A DNA stretch of 64,000 nt from Thermoplasmatota archaeon (lineage in GTDB: Archaea > Thermoplasmatota > Thermoplasmata > UBA10834): the NCBI GenBank assembly GCA_018818785.1, contig JAHIRF010000002.1, positions 135,874 through 199,873 on the forward strand. The letters run 5' to 3'. The translations under genes and the position numbers were made by a program. This document shows, piece by piece, positions 47,255-57,298 of this stretch. The notes under the pieces are model-generated. The model ran no database searches. It was not told the origin of the DNA and saw nothing but the letters and a program-made list of their open reading frames with translations. Position 1 is the stretch's first letter. Each line of letters opens with the position of its first letter.

Positions 47255-47899
47255 ATGATGGCCAAAAAATTCGACCGCGCCGAACCCAAGAAAGAATGCC
47301 CTAGTTGTGGTCTCGGCGTTTCACTCGAGGCCAACATATGTGAATTCTGTGGCTGGGACTTCGAAGAGGAGGATGAGTGGATACTCCAGATCGAGAAGCT
47401 CGAGAGGGAGCTCATGCTCGAGAAGCAGAAGTTCGAGCCCGGTTCAGTCAACCACATGATAGAATCAACGCTCAGTAATCCTGTCCTTGATAGAACCGAG
47501 ACGCGTTGCGATGATGATAAGCCCGCGACTGCTAGCGACCTCCTTGCAGGTGGAAGAGCAGCGAACAACCCGCCTGTGAGAAGGGTACAAGAGCCAGCAT
47601 CCGTACACATGGCACATCCTAAGGCGGCGATGCCGAAGAACGAACCCAAGGTCGCCGCGGAACCCACTCCAAAGACAAGGACTGTCAGGAGCGTCAAGAA
47701 ACCATCTCCTGCGCCGGTCGTCGAGCCCGAACCCCTGGTCGAGGAGCAGTCGCTCCCCGAATTCGTGCCGGAGACCCGAGCACCCGCTCAGAGGACTATC
47801 AGGAAGGTGCGGCAGGTGGCTGCACCAAAGCCCGCGCCGATGCCCGTGCCAACGGAACCTCCGAAGAAGACCCGCGCGATCAGGCGCGTGAAGGATTGA
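47255..47899 (+). CDS. N-terminal zinc-ribbon protein with a long Pro/Lys/Ala-rich disordered tail
   Basis: 'CPSCGLGVSLEANICEFCGW'. The tail carries the repeats 'PKTRTVRSVKK' and 'KKTRAIRRVKD'. Confidence 0.4.
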   Translation: MMAKKFDRAEPKKECPSCGLGVSLEANICEFCGWDFEEEDEWILQIEKLERELMLEKQKFEPGSVNHMIESTLSNPVLDRTETRCDDDKPATASDLLAGGRAANNPPVRRVQEPASVHMAHPKAAMPKNEPKVAAEPTPKTRTVRSVKKPSPAPVVEPEPLVEEQSLPEFVPETRAPAQRTIRKVRQVAAPKPAPMPVPTEPPKKTRAIRRVKD

Positions 47900-47982
47900 G
47901 ATGACGGAATATCGGTCCGGCACCACCGCTCTTGTTAAGTACGGATTGGATTATTATCTCAATTCCCGGGGAGAGTAGATAA

Positions 47983-48624
47983 TTGCGCATTCGTTGGCAT
48001 GGCCATGCGTGTTTTGAGGTCGGAGGGAGCGTCGATGTCGTCACGGACCCTCACGATGGTAAATCGATCGGCATACATGCACCTGACGCCAAGGCAGATC
48101 TAGTGTTGATATCTCACGGTCATTTCGACCACAACTGCCCTAAGGCCGTCGAGAAGGAAGATACAACGGTCATATCGGATCCGATCATGACCGTCGAGCA
48201 AGGGGTCAGAGTGGAAGGCATAGAAGCCGACCACGATGATGCTGGAGGGAAGAAGAGAGGAAAGGTGACCATCTTCAAGTTCGAGCTTGACGGCATGTCC
48301 TTCTGTCATTTGGGTGACCTCGGCCACGAACTCGACGATTCGACGGTTGAGCAGCTTGCACCGATCGATTTCCTGTTCGTCCCTGTCGGGGATGTGTTCA
48401 CGATAGGACCTGAATCCGCTGTGAGAACGATAAAGAAGCTCGGACCCAAAGTGGCAGTGCCCATGCATTACCGCACTTCGGGCCTTTCCCTATCAATCAA
48501 GCCTATACAGAATTTCCTCGACCTCTGCGACAAGGGACAAGTCGTCAGAGTCGGCAACGAAGTCGACTTCTCGTCGGAAGATCTACCAGAGGAAGGCACG
48601 GAGATCTGGCTGTTCTCGCTTTAG
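47983..48624 (+). CDS. MBL-fold metallo-hydrolase
   Basis: 'ISHGHFDH' metal-binding motif. Confidence 0.7.
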   Translation: MRIRWHGHACFEVGGSVDVVTDPHDGKSIGIHAPDAKADLVLISHGHFDHNCPKAVEKEDTTVISDPIMTVEQGVRVEGIEADHDDAGGKKRGKVTIFKFELDGMSFCHLGDLGHELDDSTVEQLAPIDFLFVPVGDVFTIGPESAVRTIKKLGPKVAVPMHYRTSGLSLSIKPIQNFLDLCDKGQVVRVGNEVDFSSEDLPEEGTEIWLFSL

Positions 48625-48633
48625 CCAACCACA

Positions 48634-49293
48634 TCAGTATAGCCCTAGACCGTCCTCTAGTTTACCCAGCTCTATGGGGGTGCTCTTGCCACCGATGTAC
48701 GCACCCTTGCTGTTCGCAACGGCGCATGCACCGAGGTACGGCGTCCCGTAGTTCAATGTTGCAAGCGCGGCAGGCACTTTGAAGAACGCGGATATCTCCT
48801 TCAGCTCGTCCTGCGATGTCCGCGGGTGACATACGATGCCCTTTGATGTCACAATAGCTACTGAGCCCACAGTATCTATGCAAGCGATGGTCCTGCGCAG
48901 AACCTCAACTCCAAGGGTATCTTCTATGATCTTAACAGATGATCGGGACGCATTGAGATTTACAAACGCCCCATGATCGTTGGCCAATATGTTATTCCCG
49001 GCGGCGTTCAACTTCTCCTCCATTATGCCTACCCTGAGGTCCTTCGGCAATCTCTTCAATTCGGACTTATCGGCGAAGTTCGTCACGACTATCCCGTTGG
49101 AATTCATCGAAGCGAGCGAACCGATCAAGACGGAGCCAGCGAGATACGTGCACAGGACATCGACGCCTAGAGCCTCCTGCAAATCGTCCTTGACCCAGGG
49201 ATCGGTCGCCTCGGGCAATATCGCCAGTTTCTCACTGGCTGCGCAAAAGACACCCACATAGGGACTACCCATCATCATGCCGATCTTGAGCAT
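48634..49293 (-). CDS. eif6: Translation initiation factor 6 (aIF6)
   Basis: 'GSPYVGVF', repeated 'GS..IG' pentein repeats, and position in the L39e-L31e-aIF6 cluster. Confidence 0.85.
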   Translation of the reverse strand: MLKIGMMMGSPYVGVFCAASEKLAILPEATDPWVKDDLQEALGVDVLCTYLAGSVLIGSLASMNSNGIVVTNFADKSELKRLPKDLRVGIMEEKLNAAGNNILANDHGAFVNLNASRSSVKIIEDTLGVEVLRRTIACIDTVGSVAIVTSKGIVCHPRTSQDELKEISAFFKVPAALATLNYGTPYLGACAVANSKGAYIGGKSTPIELGKLEDGLGLY

Positions 49294-49313
49294 CGATTCT
49301 ACTCCGAAAATCC

Positions 49314-49607
49314 TCACTCATCAGGAAGGGACACTTCGATCAGACCATCCTCGAACCGGATAGCCTTTACGCGCACCTTGCTGGGAGGATTCTCAATACC
49401 CTTCGACCACAGAAACTCATTCAGACGGTAATCGATCCATACATCCTTCTTAGGGGCATCCGCCTCATCCGAGGGGGCCCTGTCGGCCAGATGTCGGAGG
49501 ACATATTCCTTGATCTCCTTGATAGCTCTGGGCGCGCGCTTCGTCTTTGGCACATTCCTCGTCATGGGTAACGGAATTGTGAAAACTCTCTCTACTTCTT
49601 CGACCAT
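49314..49607 (-). CDS. rpl31e: Ribosomal protein L31e
   Basis: 'VFTIPLPMTRNVPKTKRAPRAIKEIKEYVLRH'. Confidence 0.85.
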   Translation of the reverse strand: MVEEVERVFTIPLPMTRNVPKTKRAPRAIKEIKEYVLRHLADRAPSDEADAPKKDVWIDYRLNEFLWSKGIENPPSKVRVKAIRFEDGLIEVSLPDE

Positions 49608-49616
49608 GGTAAGCCC

Positions 49617-49772
49617 TCACACCTTCAACTTGGTCCTTCTCCAGTGCCTTCGCTTCGGATGCCTGAGGAAGGTTCTGTTCGTCCTCATCATGACCCAGGC
49701 AGGGACTCTCCTGTTACTCTTGATGGCCTTCATTAGCCTGAGTTTTCTAGCAGTCGGTTTGTGCTTGGACAT
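49617..49772 (-). CDS. rpl39e: Ribosomal protein L39e (51 aa, absent from the >=60-aa ORF track)
   Basis: Direct translation of the minus strand gives '[51 protein letters not shown]'. Confidence 0.8.
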   Translation of the reverse strand: MSKHKPTARKLRLMKAIKSNRRVPAWVMMRTNRTFLRHPKRRHWRRTKLKV

Positions 49773-49776
49773 CGGG

Positions 49777-50118
49777 TCATCTCCTCTCAATCTTGATCTC
49801 TCTTTTCGTCGGCATGATCTTCCGCAGCAATTGCCTCAGGGTGTAATCGTCTATCTTCTGGTTCACCCGTCCCGATTGGACTAGCGTTATCAGCTGGTTC
49901 TCGACAGACTCGACCAGGTCGGGTCGGGTCATGCGCAAGTTGGCGAGCCTTTCTCTCGCCTCAGGGGTCAGTATCTGCCGCATGACCATGGCCTTCTGGG
50001 CGTCTACCTGCTTCGTCTGCTCATGCGCCATGGCCTCCTGCTGTGCTCTCAACTGGAGTTCCTGGATCTTGCGTTGCCTCAGAGCCGCTAGCTCATCTTC
50101 GTCTGGCATATCGCTCAC
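49777..50118 (-). CDS. PDCD5/TFAR19-like DNA-binding protein
   Basis: '[13 protein letters not shown]...[41 protein letters not shown]'. Confidence 0.75.
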   Translation of the reverse strand: MSDMPDEDELAALRQRKIQELQLRAQQEAMAHEQTKQVDAQKAMVMRQILTPEARERLANLRMTRPDLVESVENQLITLVQSGRVNQKIDDYTLRQLLRKIMPTKREIKIERR

Positions 50119-50574
50119 TTAAAGATATTTTGTGAGTTCGGGGTTCTTGGCCGCAAGTTCCTTCAGGACCACGGTGGACACGCTGTCCACTAGTTTCTGG
50201 CCCATGGGGGAGATCTTCCTGCCTCCGTCCCGCTCTTTCTGTATCAGTTGGCTTTTCTCTAGCAATTGAATCGTCGAACGTGCTATCGAGCGCGAGCCCC
50301 TGACCGCCTTGTCGGGTTTGGCGCCGCGGTCCGCGTAACCACCATAGCAGGCGGCGAGCCTCGTCGAACCCATCGGACCGTCGATGTATATCTTCCTGAG
50401 GACGGCAGCGGACCTGATATACCACCAGTCTTCCTGCACAGGACTCTTTTCCTTGTGTCGTCCGGTCTTGACATATGCAGCCCATTCTGGCGGTTTTATC
50501 GTCTCGATCTTCTTCAGCTCTTCCGCAAGCCTTGGAATGAGCTTGTCTGCGGGCACATCAAACGCCGTAGCCAT
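50119..50574 (-). CDS. rps19e: Ribosomal protein S19e
   Basis: 'WWYIRSAAVLRKIYIDGPMG...RGSRSIARSTIQLLE'. Confidence 0.85.
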   Translation of the reverse strand: MATAFDVPADKLIPRLAEELKKIETIKPPEWAAYVKTGRHKEKSPVQEDWWYIRSAAVLRKIYIDGPMGSTRLAACYGGYADRGAKPDKAVRGSRSIARSTIQLLEKSQLIQKERDGGRKISPMGQKLVDSVSTVVLKELAAKNPELTKYL

Positions 50575-50754
50575 TGGATTACCTCAAACGAGTGTGACTT
50601 ACATACTGAAAGCATGTGCCACATGGGTGGCAAAACGCGGATAAGTTGGTGCTCATATTTAAATGCTTGTTGCCTATCGATATCGCCAGCATATGGACCG
50701 TATCTCTTTGGTAGCATATACACGACCAGGGGAAAAGGCTTTTGAGAGAAGTCG

Positions 50755-51318
50755 ATGCTTGTGGCAGCCGTGAGAACTGTAATCGGCATCACGGGAGCAT
50801 CGGGAACGACCTACGGCATAAGGCTTCTGAAAGCGCTCCCCGGCCATAAGACCGTCATCTTGTCCGAGGACGGGATGCATGTGGCCAGGATCGAGATGAA
50901 CCTCGATAGGATGGACATAGAAGCTCTGGCAGATTGCCATAATGACAACTCAGATCTGGCAGCTCCAGTTGCATCGGGATCGAGCAGATTCGATAATGTC
51001 ATCATAGCCCCTTGCAGCGTATCAACCATGTCTAAGATCGCCTGCGGGATATCGGACACGTTGATAACGAGAGTGGCATCGATCGCATTGAAGGAGAGGC
51101 GGAAGCTCGTCCTGCTCGTGCGCGAAACCCCTCTGTCGACGATACATCTGGAGAATATGCATAGGCTCTCAGCAGCCGGTGCCGTCATCATGCCCGCAAG
51201 TCCAGCGTTCTATCCGAACCCAGATACGGTCGATGACATGGTCGACTTCCTCGTCGGGAGAATCCTCGACGTACTCGACATAGAGAACTCATTATACAAG
51301 CGCTGGGAAGGAGAGTAG
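50755..51318 (+). CDS. ubiX: UbiX-family flavin prenyltransferase (prFMN synthase)
   Basis: 'VIGITGASGTTYGIRLL', 'IIAPCSVSTMSKIACG'. In archaea this partners the UbiD-type anhydromevalonate-phosphate decarboxylase of the mevalonate pathway. Confidence 0.78.
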   Translation: MLVAAVRTVIGITGASGTTYGIRLLKALPGHKTVILSEDGMHVARIEMNLDRMDIEALADCHNDNSDLAAPVASGSSRFDNVIIAPCSVSTMSKIACGISDTLITRVASIALKERRKLVLLVRETPLSTIHLENMHRLSAAGAVIMPASPAFYPNPDTVDDMVDFLVGRILDVLDIENSLYKRWEGE

Positions 51319-51323
51319 GTCCG

Positions 51324-53171
51324 TCACAGGTAATCGTGTACCTCGTCGAACTCGTCGCTGATGATCTTGTACTCATCCTCGGGAATGCGTTCCTTGTTCA
51401 CTGGGACGATGACCGATGCGCCGTGAATCGCGGATAGGTCGTTCACCCGCTTCACGAATGCCAGCGCCGCTTCGAACCCGTTTTCAGATAGTATGACCTC
51501 AAGGCCCTCTATCAGCAGTCCTGAGCGCTTCGTCGTCATCAGGAAAGTGGAGACGGTCTCCATCGCGTCCCCGTCCAGGTCGTGGATGTTCACGCTGTCT
51601 ATGTCGGTGGTGCTGTCGCACATGCATTTCACGTCGAAATCATCGCCGAGGTCGTGTTGCTCGCGCACCTTACCTGGGAATTCGTTCGTCATGATGAGCG
51701 CGGGTCGTCCAGAAAGTCCCATGGCGCGTATCATGCTGTATCCTCTTCGTGAATCGATGTCCACGATGATGTAGCTTCTACCGCCCTTCACCTCCTCCTG
51801 GAATGCACCACATCTAGTGCACTGAAGAGTATAGGGGTCTTCTTCGCCGGTTGACAGGAAGGTCTCATCACATGCCTTGCACTGGATCGACCGCGTGTGC
51901 TCTGGGAACAACACCTCGCCGCATTGCGGGCACGCCTGCGCCTTCTCCGCACAATCCATGTGCATCTGATGTCCGCAGATGCATTCGTAGAGTTCCTTCT
52001 CCGCATCAATCGGACGCATGCACATCTGACATCTCAGCATGTGGGAATCGTCATCCTGCTTCACGACCGCCTGCTTCACGGGGATGACGAGATCATCCGG
52101 TATCTCTAACGTCGCACGGTCATAGAGCGTCTTGGAGAACACGTAGCTTGCGAAGATGAACCCGGGCACCAGGAAATACATGTAGGAACCGTAAATCATC
52201 GTGCCCCTGCTGGCGAATGAGAACATGAATGGGAGCACATAGAACAGGGAAAGGATTCCGACCAGCGCCCATGTGAACCATCTCACAATCGGGAGCTGCT
52301 TGGCTGAACCTCTGAAACGCTTCGGATGCTGCATCAGATACTTGCTGAACCTCTTCGCCGATATCCTCAATATCAGTATGCATCCGAACAGGAGCACTAT
52401 GAAGGATATCTGGCTGTTCTCATAGATGCTGAAAGGCTCATAGGTCATGGTCTCTTGGACGGCCGACTCGCCCGGAAGAACCTCGCCCTCAAAGGTATAC
52501 CAGATGATCGTACCGATGGGGGTCCTTAGCTCGCTGATCTTTCCTGCAACCAGATCAGGGGATGTGAAGCTGCTCATGCCGAACATCATCACCCGGTCCT
52601 TCACTATCAATGTGCCATCGAATGTGAAGCCGGTGACAGTGTTGAGTGCACCAGCGAAGGTCTCCAACGGAACCTCCGATGGCCTCATGAGCTTCGTGAC
52701 GCTCTCGCCTATGCAATTGAACCTTATGCTGATGGACATCACATCGGTAGAGGAATATCTCGTGTCGACTATGCCCGATGTGGCATGTCTTAATTCGTAA
52801 TCGGTCATGTTCTCGAAGTCGGTGGGACTATTGATCGTCATGCCCCAATGCTGCCTGCCGGCCAGGGCATCCGTGAACGCGACAAGAAACGCTCTGGCCT
52901 CGGACACTTCGAGATACTGGTTATCGTTCGTGTCGAAATTTGTATAATATCCCCTGCTTTCGAATATGGATTGACGCAATTCGATGGCAGGGACGCCTTC
53001 GAATGTCAGCTGCACCTTGCCATCGCCTTCCATCGTGTCCAGGACGGTGAACGACATCTTCGATTCGATAATCATCACGTTCCCATCGTGGGCGGATGTT
53101 CCCATGGGAACTGAGACGATGAGTGCCATGCACAAGAAGAGGACCAACATTGCTGTCCTGAAACGCATCAT
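51324..53171 (-). CDS. Multidomain membrane protein: signal peptide, extracellular domain, ~4 TM, RING-H2-like zinc finger and further zinc ribbons, then a C-terminal DUF835-like domain
   Basis: 'CQMCMRPIDAEKELYECICGHQMHMDCAEKAQACPQCGE' (C3H2C3-like). The C-terminal 'RSGLLIEGLEVILSENGFEAALAFVKRVNDLSAIHGASVIVPVNKE' aligns with the IleRS extension and the 14495..15208 product. Confidence 0.55.
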   Translation of the reverse strand: MMRFRTAMLVLFLCMALIVSVPMGTSAHDGNVMIIESKMSFTVLDTMEGDGKVQLTFEGVPAIELRQSIFESRGYYTNFDTNDNQYLEVSEARAFLVAFTDALAGRQHWGMTINSPTDFENMTDYELRHATSGIVDTRYSSTDVMSISIRFNCIGESVTKLMRPSEVPLETFAGALNTVTGFTFDGTLIVKDRVMMFGMSSFTSPDLVAGKISELRTPIGTIIWYTFEGEVLPGESAVQETMTYEPFSIYENSQISFIVLLFGCILILRISAKRFSKYLMQHPKRFRGSAKQLPIVRWFTWALVGILSLFYVLPFMFSFASRGTMIYGSYMYFLVPGFIFASYVFSKTLYDRATLEIPDDLVIPVKQAVVKQDDDSHMLRCQMCMRPIDAEKELYECICGHQMHMDCAEKAQACPQCGEVLFPEHTRSIQCKACDETFLSTGEEDPYTLQCTRCGAFQEEVKGGRSYIIVDIDSRRGYSMIRAMGLSGRPALIMTNEFPGKVREQHDLGDDFDVKCMCDSTTDIDSVNIHDLDGDAMETVSTFLMTTKRSGLLIEGLEVILSENGFEAALAFVKRVNDLSAIHGASVIVPVNKERIPEDEYKIISDEFDEVHDYL

Positions 53172-53330
53172 GAGGACCAGTATGGCAGTATCTGGTCAGA
53201 TTGCTCTTAATGCTTTCGCATCTCATTATCACGCATCACAAGCAGAAGCCCTTGTACGGTAGACCTTCGGAATCGACATGGATTCCCTGGATCTGCGGCA
53301 ATAACGGAACCGGGACGATGCATCATGCAG

Positions 53331-56213
53331 CTATTCGGCATATACTGCGGGCCGACCAGGCTTCGCAAACCTGCTACGTCCTTTCGGGTCAACCAACTCG
53401 GGGTCGTCGACCGAACGAACTTCGACCGCACATCCGAACTGCTCGCCCAGGAAACCGCTGGCGGCTTTGAGTACCTCGAGCTCGTCGAATTTTGCAGACA
53501 GCATGACTCGGTCATGTTCGGCAGCCCTCGAAACCTCCTGTGCGACATCCTTTGCGAAAGCAGGTATTGCCTTCTTCATCTCAGGAGTCTTCGCATCGGG
53601 CATGGCAGCCTTTATCAATGCGGACACATCCACCTTTCCTTTCGGTTGACCGAGTGCAGCTGATAGCATCTCGATCTTCCACGATGGAGCCACCATGATG
53701 GAGATCTTCGTAGGGCTCATGCTCGTGACCTTCAGGATCTCAGATACATCCTGCATGAGATTCTGGATGAGCTTCTCCTTGGCCTCCTCCGATATCACTT
53801 CATCGTTCCTGCTTCCATCGGAGAGTCGGTGCAGAGATACGAACGGCTTCTGGCCTATGTGTTCCCATAGTTCCTCGGACAGATGAGGTGTGATCGGAGC
53901 CATGAGCGGTATCCAGGTTCTCAGCGCATCCATCAGGACGCTCCTGCTCTTTCCGCCTCGTCTGAGGTACCATTTGATATCCTGAGATATCTCGAAATAC
54001 ACTTCGTTGGAGTACGAGCGGATATCGTAGTCTGCCATATGCTCGTGGAGCTTGGCCAGGCGCATGTTCAACCTCGCCAAGAGCCACGCGTCCATTCCGG
54101 TGCTCTCCTCGGTCCCTATCCTCAGCAGATCATCCACAAGGATCCAGGTCTTCTCCAACCGGTCGCTGTAGCTCTCGACCTTCTCGTCATCCCAAGCAAC
54201 ATCGACGAAGAGAGAGGATATGTGCGCATAGAAGAGCCGCATCGCATCGACCCCGAACTTCTCTGCAGCATCGGGGATCGGCTGCGCGCCACCTTTCGAT
54301 TTGGATATCTTGCTACCTGTAGATGTGATGTACCAGTTGACCATGATCCCGTTCGGGCGGTGCTCCGGCCTCAAGATCGCCACATGGTTCATCAGGAAGA
54401 CCGGGAAGTGAACGGTCATGTGCTCCTTGCCCCCGAGGTTGATGTCGAGAGGATACCAGTACTCGAACTCGGCCCTCATCATGCCGAGGGTCTCCACGGA
54501 TACGCCCGATTCTGCCTCGACGACCGTCACATCCCCTTCACCAAGGATCACATAATCGAAGAACTTCTCAGTCATGCCATCGGGTTTTATGATGCCTTCG
54601 TTGGCGTATCTGGACAGGACATAATAGACAGGATACAACGTGCTATCGGCGATCGCCTCGATTATCCATCTCTGGTCGAACGGGAATCTCGTACCGAGCC
54701 AATTGCCAAGGCGGACACATGCTCTCTCCCTGTACCATTCTATGACGTTCTGTATGTTGTCGAAGTACTCCTTGGGCAGGATCTTCATCGTCCTTGCGTG
54801 CTCTTTCGACCGCTCCTTCAGGCCAGGGTTTGCATAATCGATGAACCATTGGTCGGGTATCTTCCGTACGAGGACCTTCTCACCGCATCGGCAGATGACC
54901 TCCTCAGACAGGTCGCGCATGATCGCCGCTTGGCTGCCAGAGAGCATCTGCGCCCTTATCGCATCCTTAGCGGCCTCGACAGGCTTTCCTGAGAACTCTC
55001 CACATGAAGAGTTCATGACACCCCTGTGGAAGCCGGCCTTGTAGACCTCCTTGGTCGCCTCATCCAATTTGGGATCGGCCATAGTCGAAATGCCCATCCT
55101 CTCGCATATCTCGACCGCGGGCATCGGCCCCCAGCCTGGTGTGTCTATGATCGCGATCGGCTTCGCACCCTCTATCATCTCATCCGTCAGATTGTACCGG
55201 GCCCTCATATCGGAGTTGCGCTTGAGCTCGACCAGACCGATCCAATCGACCGGTGCATCCGATGGGACACTCATGACGAGCCCGGTGCCAATGTTCGGAT
55301 CGCACAGATTCGACGGGAACACAGGGATCATCTTGCCCGTGAATGGCGCCTTGCACCTCTTCCCCATCAACGCGCTGCCGTCCGTCGAACCCAGCACCTT
55401 GACCGAATCCATCTGCAGCGCGAGCTTCTCGGCGGCGGGTCTGCTGACCACCCATGTCTCGCCATCAACCTCTGCATCGACGTATTCCACATCAGGGTTC
55501 ACCCAGAAGTTCGTGAGGCCGAACACGGTCTCAGGCCTCAGGGTCGCTGCAACCAGATTCCTGCCGTCATCGAGATCGAACTTCAGCAAGGTGTATTCCA
55601 GCACCTCGGCGGTCCCGCCCTTCTGAATGTCGGTCTCGGAGGCATCGATCGCAACCGGCCCATGCTCAAGACAGGCCGGTGCGAAATATGGTTTCTGAAT
55701 GAGCAGTCCATGTGCCTTCAGCTTGCGCATCTGCCATTCTATGAACCTGGAATAATCCGGATATGTCGTGCATGTGAACCTGCGCCAATCAGACATGAAG
55801 CCGAACCGCTTCCAATAATCATTCACATAGACCTCGTTGAAGAACCTGACGACACCATCTGCGTTCGCCAGAGATTCGATCGTCTCGGATGTGCACCCAT
55901 TGGCTTCCAGTATTCCGATAGTTGCTGGATCCCCTCGCTCCACCTTACGAGCGAAACTGATAGCGCCGTTGCCAGTAGAATGCGTCCCCACAGGGAACAG
56001 GACATTGTGTCCAGTCATCATCTTGTACCTGACGATCGCGTCGGTGATGGTGTATCCCCTCATATGCCCGACATGGAGATACCCTGTGACACCAGGGTAT
56101 GCGAATATCATGAAGAATTTCTTCTTTCCAGGCACGGGATTCGATTCGTTTATCCTGGCCTTGTACCAGGCGGTCCTCCATTTGGCTTCCATCGCCGAGA
56201 AATCCAGTGTCAT
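53331..56213 (-). CDS. leuS: Leucyl-tRNA synthetase (archaeal type)
   Basis: 'HVGHMRGY' HIGH motif, 'KISKSKG' KMSKS motif, CP1 editing domain. The long ORF extends to 56438, but the start is likely the Met at 'MTLDFSAMEAKW'. Confidence 0.9.
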   Translation of the reverse strand: MTLDFSAMEAKWRTAWYKARINESNPVPGKKKFFMIFAYPGVTGYLHVGHMRGYTITDAIVRYKMMTGHNVLFPVGTHSTGNGAISFARKVERGDPATIGILEANGCTSETIESLANADGVVRFFNEVYVNDYWKRFGFMSDWRRFTCTTYPDYSRFIEWQMRKLKAHGLLIQKPYFAPACLEHGPVAIDASETDIQKGGTAEVLEYTLLKFDLDDGRNLVAATLRPETVFGLTNFWVNPDVEYVDAEVDGETWVVSRPAAEKLALQMDSVKVLGSTDGSALMGKRCKAPFTGKMIPVFPSNLCDPNIGTGLVMSVPSDAPVDWIGLVELKRNSDMRARYNLTDEMIEGAKPIAIIDTPGWGPMPAVEICERMGISTMADPKLDEATKEVYKAGFHRGVMNSSCGEFSGKPVEAAKDAIRAQMLSGSQAAIMRDLSEEVICRCGEKVLVRKIPDQWFIDYANPGLKERSKEHARTMKILPKEYFDNIQNVIEWYRERACVRLGNWLGTRFPFDQRWIIEAIADSTLYPVYYVLSRYANEGIIKPDGMTEKFFDYVILGEGDVTVVEAESGVSVETLGMMRAEFEYWYPLDINLGGKEHMTVHFPVFLMNHVAILRPEHRPNGIMVNWYITSTGSKISKSKGGAQPIPDAAEKFGVDAMRLFYAHISSLFVDVAWDDEKVESYSDRLEKTWILVDDLLRIGTEESTGMDAWLLARLNMRLAKLHEHMADYDIRSYSNEVYFEISQDIKWYLRRGGKSRSVLMDALRTWIPLMAPITPHLSEELWEHIGQKPFVSLHRLSDGSRNDEVISEEAKEKLIQNLMQDVSEILKVTSMSPTKISIMVAPSWKIEMLSAALGQPKGKVDVSALIKAAMPDAKTPEMKKAIPAFAKDVAQEVSRAAEHDRVMLSAKFDELEVLKAASGFLGEQFGCAVEVRSVDDPELVDPKGRSRFAKPGRPAVYAE

Positions 56214-56280
56214 CTTGGTCAGCCAGCAATATGACGGAAGGGTTGATACCAATAAAAGGTTTCTTGAGAAGCCGATATCC

Positions 56281-56577
56281 TCAGGCTCCGCGCCTCTTGC
56301 TGTGCAAGAAGAACGCAGCTGGACCCGCAGTCGCCGACACCACTCCCACGAGGCTGAGCACAAGCCCGATGAACAATGGCAGGGAGGATGAGCTGAAGAC
56401 CTCATGGGATTCGGATGTCGATCCATCGCTACCCGCACTGACCGTTTCGAGTGAGGATAGAGAGTATACTGTTATGACGAAACCCATGACGAACAATGCT
56501 ATGCCGACCCCCACAACGATAGGTGTTCCCTTCAGCTTGAAGGGGCGCTTGCGGTCGCTATCATCATTTGATGCCAT
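56281..56577 (-). CDS. Small 2-TM membrane protein
   Basis: 98-aa ORF. Confidence 0.3.
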   Translation of the reverse strand: MASNDDSDRKRPFKLKGTPIVVGVGIALFVMGFVITVYSLSSLETVSAGSDGSTSESHEVFSSSSLPLFIGLVLSLVGVVSATAGPAAFFLHSKRRGA

Positions 56578-56825
56578 CTAGTAGATTCCCCTCTAGTCTA
56601 AAAGATGCATACAAGATGCTGTTGATAAAACTTGCCGGTGTCCATGGACATATTGGTGCAATCATGGACCCGTATGACTGGCAGACCAATTTGAGGGCCA
56701 CGTTTCGACCGGCCAGGTGATTGGGTATGACATTATCAGACGAAATGTGACATTTTGGATACCTATATATATGATTGTATGACATATGTTCCTTCTGCGT
56801 CAGCAAATTGGGATGGGATGCACAC

Positions 56826-57206
56826 ATGAACGACCCGTTGGAAAATGAACGAATAACTCTTCGCCTTGATTCGGAGGATCTCCGGCTCATCGACGAGTTC
56901 ATAACGAACAGCAACGAGTTCTCCAACAGGTCGCAACTAGCACGCGCGGCAATACGCGCATACGTGGATGCAAAGCTAGGGTGTGCAGAGGGAGCGAGCA
57001 ACAAACCGAACGAGGTGGTCGTGGAGCTACCACCTCTAGTGATGGATACCGTAACACACCTCGTGACTGAGGGCGTCTACAATTCGGTGTCCGAGGCGCT
57101 AAGCGACTGCGCCCGACACCACTTCCTCCACGCGGAGCACGTGGAGACCATAAAGAAGGACGTTACGCAGCTGAGGAGCACGGTTAAGGTCGTTCCCCGA
57201 GCTTAG
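56826..57206 (+). CDS. Ribbon-helix-helix (CopG-like) DNA-binding protein, apparently with a tandem RHH. The start is likely the internal Met of the 56775 ORF.
   Basis: 'ITLRLDSEDLRLIDEFI...SNRSQLARAAIRAYV', then 'VVVELPPLVMDTVTHLVTEGVYNSVSEALSDCARHHF'. Confidence 0.5.
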   Translation: MNDPLENERITLRLDSEDLRLIDEFITNSNEFSNRSQLARAAIRAYVDAKLGCAEGASNKPNEVVVELPPLVMDTVTHLVTEGVYNSVSEALSDCARHHFLHAEHVETIKKDVTQLRSTVKVVPRA

Positions 57207-57298
57207 GCACTGTTTGTGGGCGCCTTGGCATGGTTGGGGGATTCTCTCAGTTGAGAGGACCCTCTCTCGAATGTCAACGGTGAACGGAGGCCAGAAGG

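Noticed and set aside
53331-56438. Full 1035-aa ORF as LeuRS
   Set aside because: The first 75 codons ('MRVAMDRHPNPMRSS...') have no similarity to LeuRS. The conserved N-terminus begins at the Met at 56213.
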